This document shows, in pieces, positions 60,961 to 64,000 of a stretch of DNA of 64,000 nt. Within the stretch, counting starts at the first letter, position 1; every line of letters begins with the position of its first letter. A model generated the notes under the pieces. The model made no database searches and was not told where the DNA came from. It saw only the letters and a list, made by a program, of their open reading frames with translations. The DNA is taken from positions 142,720 through 206,719 of the forward strand of contig JAHFMN010000002.1 in the NCBI GenBank assembly GCA_023264445.1. Reading direction: 5' to 3'. This DNA comes from Candidatus Kaiserbacteria bacterium (GTDB taxonomy: Bacteria > Patescibacteriota > Minisyncoccia > Phycocordibacterales > Phycocordibacteraceae). A program made the position numbers and the translations under genes.

Positions 60961-62823
60961 ATGTTTGATACAATGGAGAGGATGGTTCAGCGGGGATTCA
61001 TACACATTTTCTTAGTTCTCATAGCTGTTGTGCTGATTGGCGCGGGCGTTTACATGGTTTTTCACACACGCTTAACAATCACACCCAATCTCCCGCCAGA
61101 ATCCTCATCAACTTCAGAAACGTCGAGCCAGGCAAACAATTCCACCTCCGTTCTTGCGGGTAATCCAGTTTCCGATTCAACATCAGTCCCAGTCTCGTCT
61201 CCACCTTCCTCGTCCACCGGGGTTCCTGTCTCAAATGGCTCATCACCCCTTGGCTCAAATGTAAATTATATTGCCGACTGGGTGTCGGAGATCATGCTCA
61301 AAGATGTCGGTAGGCGGATTCGCGACTTCACGTGTACTCCATCGCCATGTACGGTAGACGCAAACGGCTGGCCAATCATATCCTCCGGTCAAACGGCGGC
61401 AACAAGTATCTTTACCAATCTTGCAGGAAAATATCCGACAGGTACGTACCATGTGTTCTATGACGGCGTCGGCTCGCTTAATTATAGTGGAGGAACGCGG
61501 GATGCTGGAGCATCAAACGCCGGGCATGATGTGGTTACGGTGACGAACAATACGAGTGGATTCGGTTATTCCATCACCTCAAGCAATCCTTCCCCGAATC
61601 ACATCAGGAATATCCGGGTCATTATTCCCGGCGGCGACTGTGGTGATGTGTTTGTGCCGGCAGACACGGCATCGGATTGTACTAACTCGGCACGTTTTCG
61701 CCCCAATTATCAAACGTATGTTGAACAGCCGTTTTATAGTCGATTTTTGAAACTATACCGTCCCTACAAAGCCATCCGCTACCTCAATGTGTTGCTACCT
61801 GACCAGGGTTCGCAGGGAGGAGCGATACTTACCACACCCCGCCCATGGTCAGCGCGAGTGAAAATGACCGATGCCATCTGGCTGCGGCGAGGCGTACCGG
61901 TTGAGTTGCTAGTAAAACTGGCAAACACACTGCACGCCGATCCGTGGTTTACCATCCCGCATCTTGCCAATGACCTTATCAGTGATAATCCCTCAGATCC
62001 GTACGTTCGGCAGTTCGCAACGTATGTTCGCGACAATCTGAATACCGATCTGAAGGCCTATGTTGAGTATTCCAATGAAGTGTGGAACGGAATGTTTGAG
62101 TCAAGCCGCCATGCCACTCAGAAAGGGCAGGACTTAGGACTTTCTACGGCGGATAATAAGAATCTCGGCTCCCTCCGCTATCAATCACAGCAATCGGTCA
62201 AGCTATTCAAAATATGGAACGATGTATACGGCGGCCGTTCGAAGCGGATAGTGCGAGTGATAGCAGCGCAAGGTACTGTCGGAATGTCGGAAGGCGAACC
62301 GTATGCCGCAAAAAATCTACTTGATTGGCAGGAAGCATATAAAGCAGCAGATGCACTCGCAGTCCCTGAATATTTCAATGCATTGCCGCAAGATCAGGCG
62401 ACCGTTGCCGCCTATACGCTCGATCAACTTTTTGCATACATAAAAGAGACTCTCATCCCAAGAAATATTCTTGTAACTAAGGATAATGCTGCTGCGGCAA
62501 AGAAACGCGGACTTGAGCTCATTGCGTATGAAGGAGGACAGCACTTAGTCGAACTAGGGGATTTCCAGAAAAACACAAACTTAAATTCGCTCTATAATGC
62601 TGCGAATCGCGACCAACGCATGGGCGAGGCATATGCGCAACTTCTGAATGGATGGAGGGAGAACGGCGGACACCTTTTCGTGCATTTCCTCAATGTGAGT
62701 CAGCAGGCGTCTGGTGCATTCGGGCGTTTCGGCGCGCTTGAATCCATGCTGCAAGATCCGGCAGTATCTCCCAAATACCAAGCACTTATGACATTTATTG
62801 CGGATAATCCAAAGTGGTGGTGA
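60961..62823 (+). CDS. membrane-anchored extracellular protein, putative clan GH-A (TIM-barrel) glycoside hydrolase
   Basis: N-terminal TM anchor, Ser/Thr/Pro-rich linker. Candidate acid/base YSNEVWNG and nucleophile LIAYEGGQH motifs in GH-A-like spacing. Motif-level inference only. Confidence 0.35.
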   Translation: MFDTMERMVQRGFIHIFLVLIAVVLIGAGVYMVFHTRLTITPNLPPESSSTSETSSQANNSTSVLAGNPVSDSTSVPVSSPPSSSTGVPVSNGSSPLGSNVNYIADWVSEIMLKDVGRRIRDFTCTPSPCTVDANGWPIISSGQTAATSIFTNLAGKYPTGTYHVFYDGVGSLNYSGGTRDAGASNAGHDVVTVTNNTSGFGYSITSSNPSPNHIRNIRVIIPGGDCGDVFVPADTASDCTNSARFRPNYQTYVEQPFYSRFLKLYRPYKAIRYLNVLLPDQGSQGGAILTTPRPWSARVKMTDAIWLRRGVPVELLVKLANTLHADPWFTIPHLANDLISDNPSDPYVRQFATYVRDNLNTDLKAYVEYSNEVWNGMFESSRHATQKGQDLGLSTADNKNLGSLRYQSQQSVKLFKIWNDVYGGRSKRIVRVIAAQGTVGMSEGEPYAAKNLLDWQEAYKAADALAVPEYFNALPQDQATVAAYTLDQLFAYIKETLIPRNILVTKDNAAAAKKRGLELIAYEGGQHLVELGDFQKNTNLNSLYNAANRDQRMGEAYAQLLNGWRENGGHLFVHFLNVSQQASGAFGRFGALESMLQDPAVSPKYQALMTFIADNPKWW

Positions 62824-62850
62824 TGCACCGCCTGTGCATCAATAGGCGCG

Positions 62851-63249
62851 CTACGGTCGTTCTTCAAGAATCTTGAGTATCTTCTCAAGCTTTTCGTCTT
62901 CGATGCGTGCGAGGCGGCGTTGGAGATCCTCGATTTCTTCCTTGGCCTGGACGTTCGTTTCGTAGTCCGCTTCCGCCTGTGCACGATCGCGTTCGGCCTG
63001 ACGATTCTGACTCATCATGACAAAGGTGGTGAGGAATATCGCTTCAAGCGAGACGATCATCGTAAGAAAACTGTACGGGAAGGCTTCAATATCTAATGCA
63101 ATCCAGCCGACGAACCAGACGATGTGGATAATGGCAAAGGACCATGAGCCGACAAAGCTAGCGACCATATCTGCGAATCGGTCGCCGAACGTACGTTCTA
63201 TCCGATGTTTCTGATGCCAGTTCATTTCCATATGAGGTAATAATAACAC
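62851..63249 (-). CDS. DUF1003-like membrane protein
   Basis: Two TM helices followed by a coiled-coil tail (EEIEDLQRRLARIEDEKLEKILKILEE). Confidence 0.45.
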   Translation of the reverse strand: MLLLPHMEMNWHQKHRIERTFGDRFADMVASFVGSWSFAIIHIVWFVGWIALDIEAFPYSFLTMIVSLEAIFLTTFVMMSQNRQAERDRAQAEADYETNVQAKEEIEDLQRRLARIEDEKLEKILKILEERP

Positions 63250-63290
63250 TTGCTGGCAGGGGTGCAGGATGAGCTATACTCAACCCCATA

Positions 63291-64000
63291 TGGAACAAAA
63301 ATCGGTTGCAGAGGCAGTAAATCTCTCGGGGAAGGTCGCCATCATTACCGGCGGCGCGATGGGTATCGGCTTTGCGATAGCGAGCAGACTTGGAGAGGCA
63401 GGAGCGAAAGTGCTTGTTGCCGACAAGAATGCGGCCGCCGCTGAAGCGGCGGCGGAAAAGATAGGAGGTGCGATTGCATGCACCGTGGACGTCTCCGATC
63501 AGGCGCAAGTGGAAGTGATGATTGCAAAGGCCGTGGGCGAGCTCGGCGCGGTAGACATCCTCGTGAACAACGCAGGCATCTATCCCACGAAACCTGTGAT
63601 GGACTCAACGAAAGAAGATTTCGAGAACATCATCCATACTAACCTCATGGGCGCATTTTTTGCGGCGAAGGCGGCGGCGAATCAGATGATTGCGCAGGGC
63701 AGAGGCGGCAAGATTATTAACATCACGTCCATCGATGCGCTCCACCCCTCTTCCGTCGGCCTTGCTTTCTATGATGCAAGCAAACATGGCCTTTGGGGCT
63801 TCACTAAGAATCTCGCTCTCGAGCTTGCGCCACATAAAATCTGGGTGAATGCGATTGCTCCGGGTGGCGTACTCACGCCAGGTACCGGTCTTGGTGGGAC
63901 TGCGAACCCAGACCTCACGAAGATTATGGATGCCTTCATGGCAAAGATACCTATGCATCGCATGGCGGACGCCGATGAGATAGGGAAGGTTGCGCTCTTC
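63291..64000 (+). CDS. SDR family oxidoreductase (3-oxoacyl-ACP reductase-like), 3' end beyond window
   Basis: TGGAMGIG Rossmann motif, NNAG, and catalytic Y-x3-K (YDASKHG). No stop before the window end, so it is absent from the ORF track. Confidence 0.8.

Overview
This 64 kb window is a densely coded, moderately GC-rich bacterial chromosome fragment. The gene content, small proteins and frequent absence of Shine-Dalgarno sequences suggest a Patescibacteria/CPR-type organism using the standard code (TGA is a stop). Housekeeping genes include rpmI (partial), infC, msrA/msrB, bcp, nth plus a second HhH-GPD glycosylase, rnj, secG, groES-groEL, a MacAB-like ABC exporter, ligA, gatCA, prfB, ftsEX, pyrG, a pseudouridine synthase, and six tRNAs (Ser, Asp, Met, Thr x2, Gln). 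Main accessory content is: (1) An AT-rich island (about 19.9-23.5 kb) abutting tRNA-Ser carries a BcgI-like Type IIB restriction-modification system, a nuclease-methyltransferase fusion plus an HsdS-like specificity subunit. (2) A complete type IV pilus/competence cluster runs comFC-pilM-pilN-pilO-pilB-REC-pilT-pilC-pilin-pilD plus four minor pilins. The last minor pilin is a 584-aa GspK-like pseudopilin with Cys-rich modules and near-identical tandem beta-propeller (Asp-box-like) DNA repeats, a candidate pilus-tip adhesin. (3) A candidate tmRNA (ssrA) has a 1.9 kb AT-rich island of three unknown ORFs inserted at its 3' end. The island is bounded by a 16-nt duplication of the tmRNA 3' end and carries GTAC(A/T)GTACCG palindromes. 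Immediately upstream sit a membrane HEPN-like protein and an HNH endonuclease. (4) A lower-GC cassette (44.6-48.0 kb) holds a membrane protein, a secreted Cys-rich 113-aa protein, an unknown 272-aa protein and an orphan multi-TM sensor histidine kinase. (5) A tRNA-rich stretch (48-49.8 kb) contains paralogous mini-ORFs with conserved terminators, and a duplicated tRNA-Gln 5' fragment lies at 56.75 kb. A recurrent TATACT -10 box sits 8-11 nt upstream of many start codons, implying leaderless mRNAs. All calls come from reading the sequence and ORF translations by eye, with no database searches. My hand-counted positions for features not taken from the ORF track (tRNAs, the tmRNA candidate, repeats, terminators, promoter boxes and re-chosen start codons) may be off by 1-2 nt.
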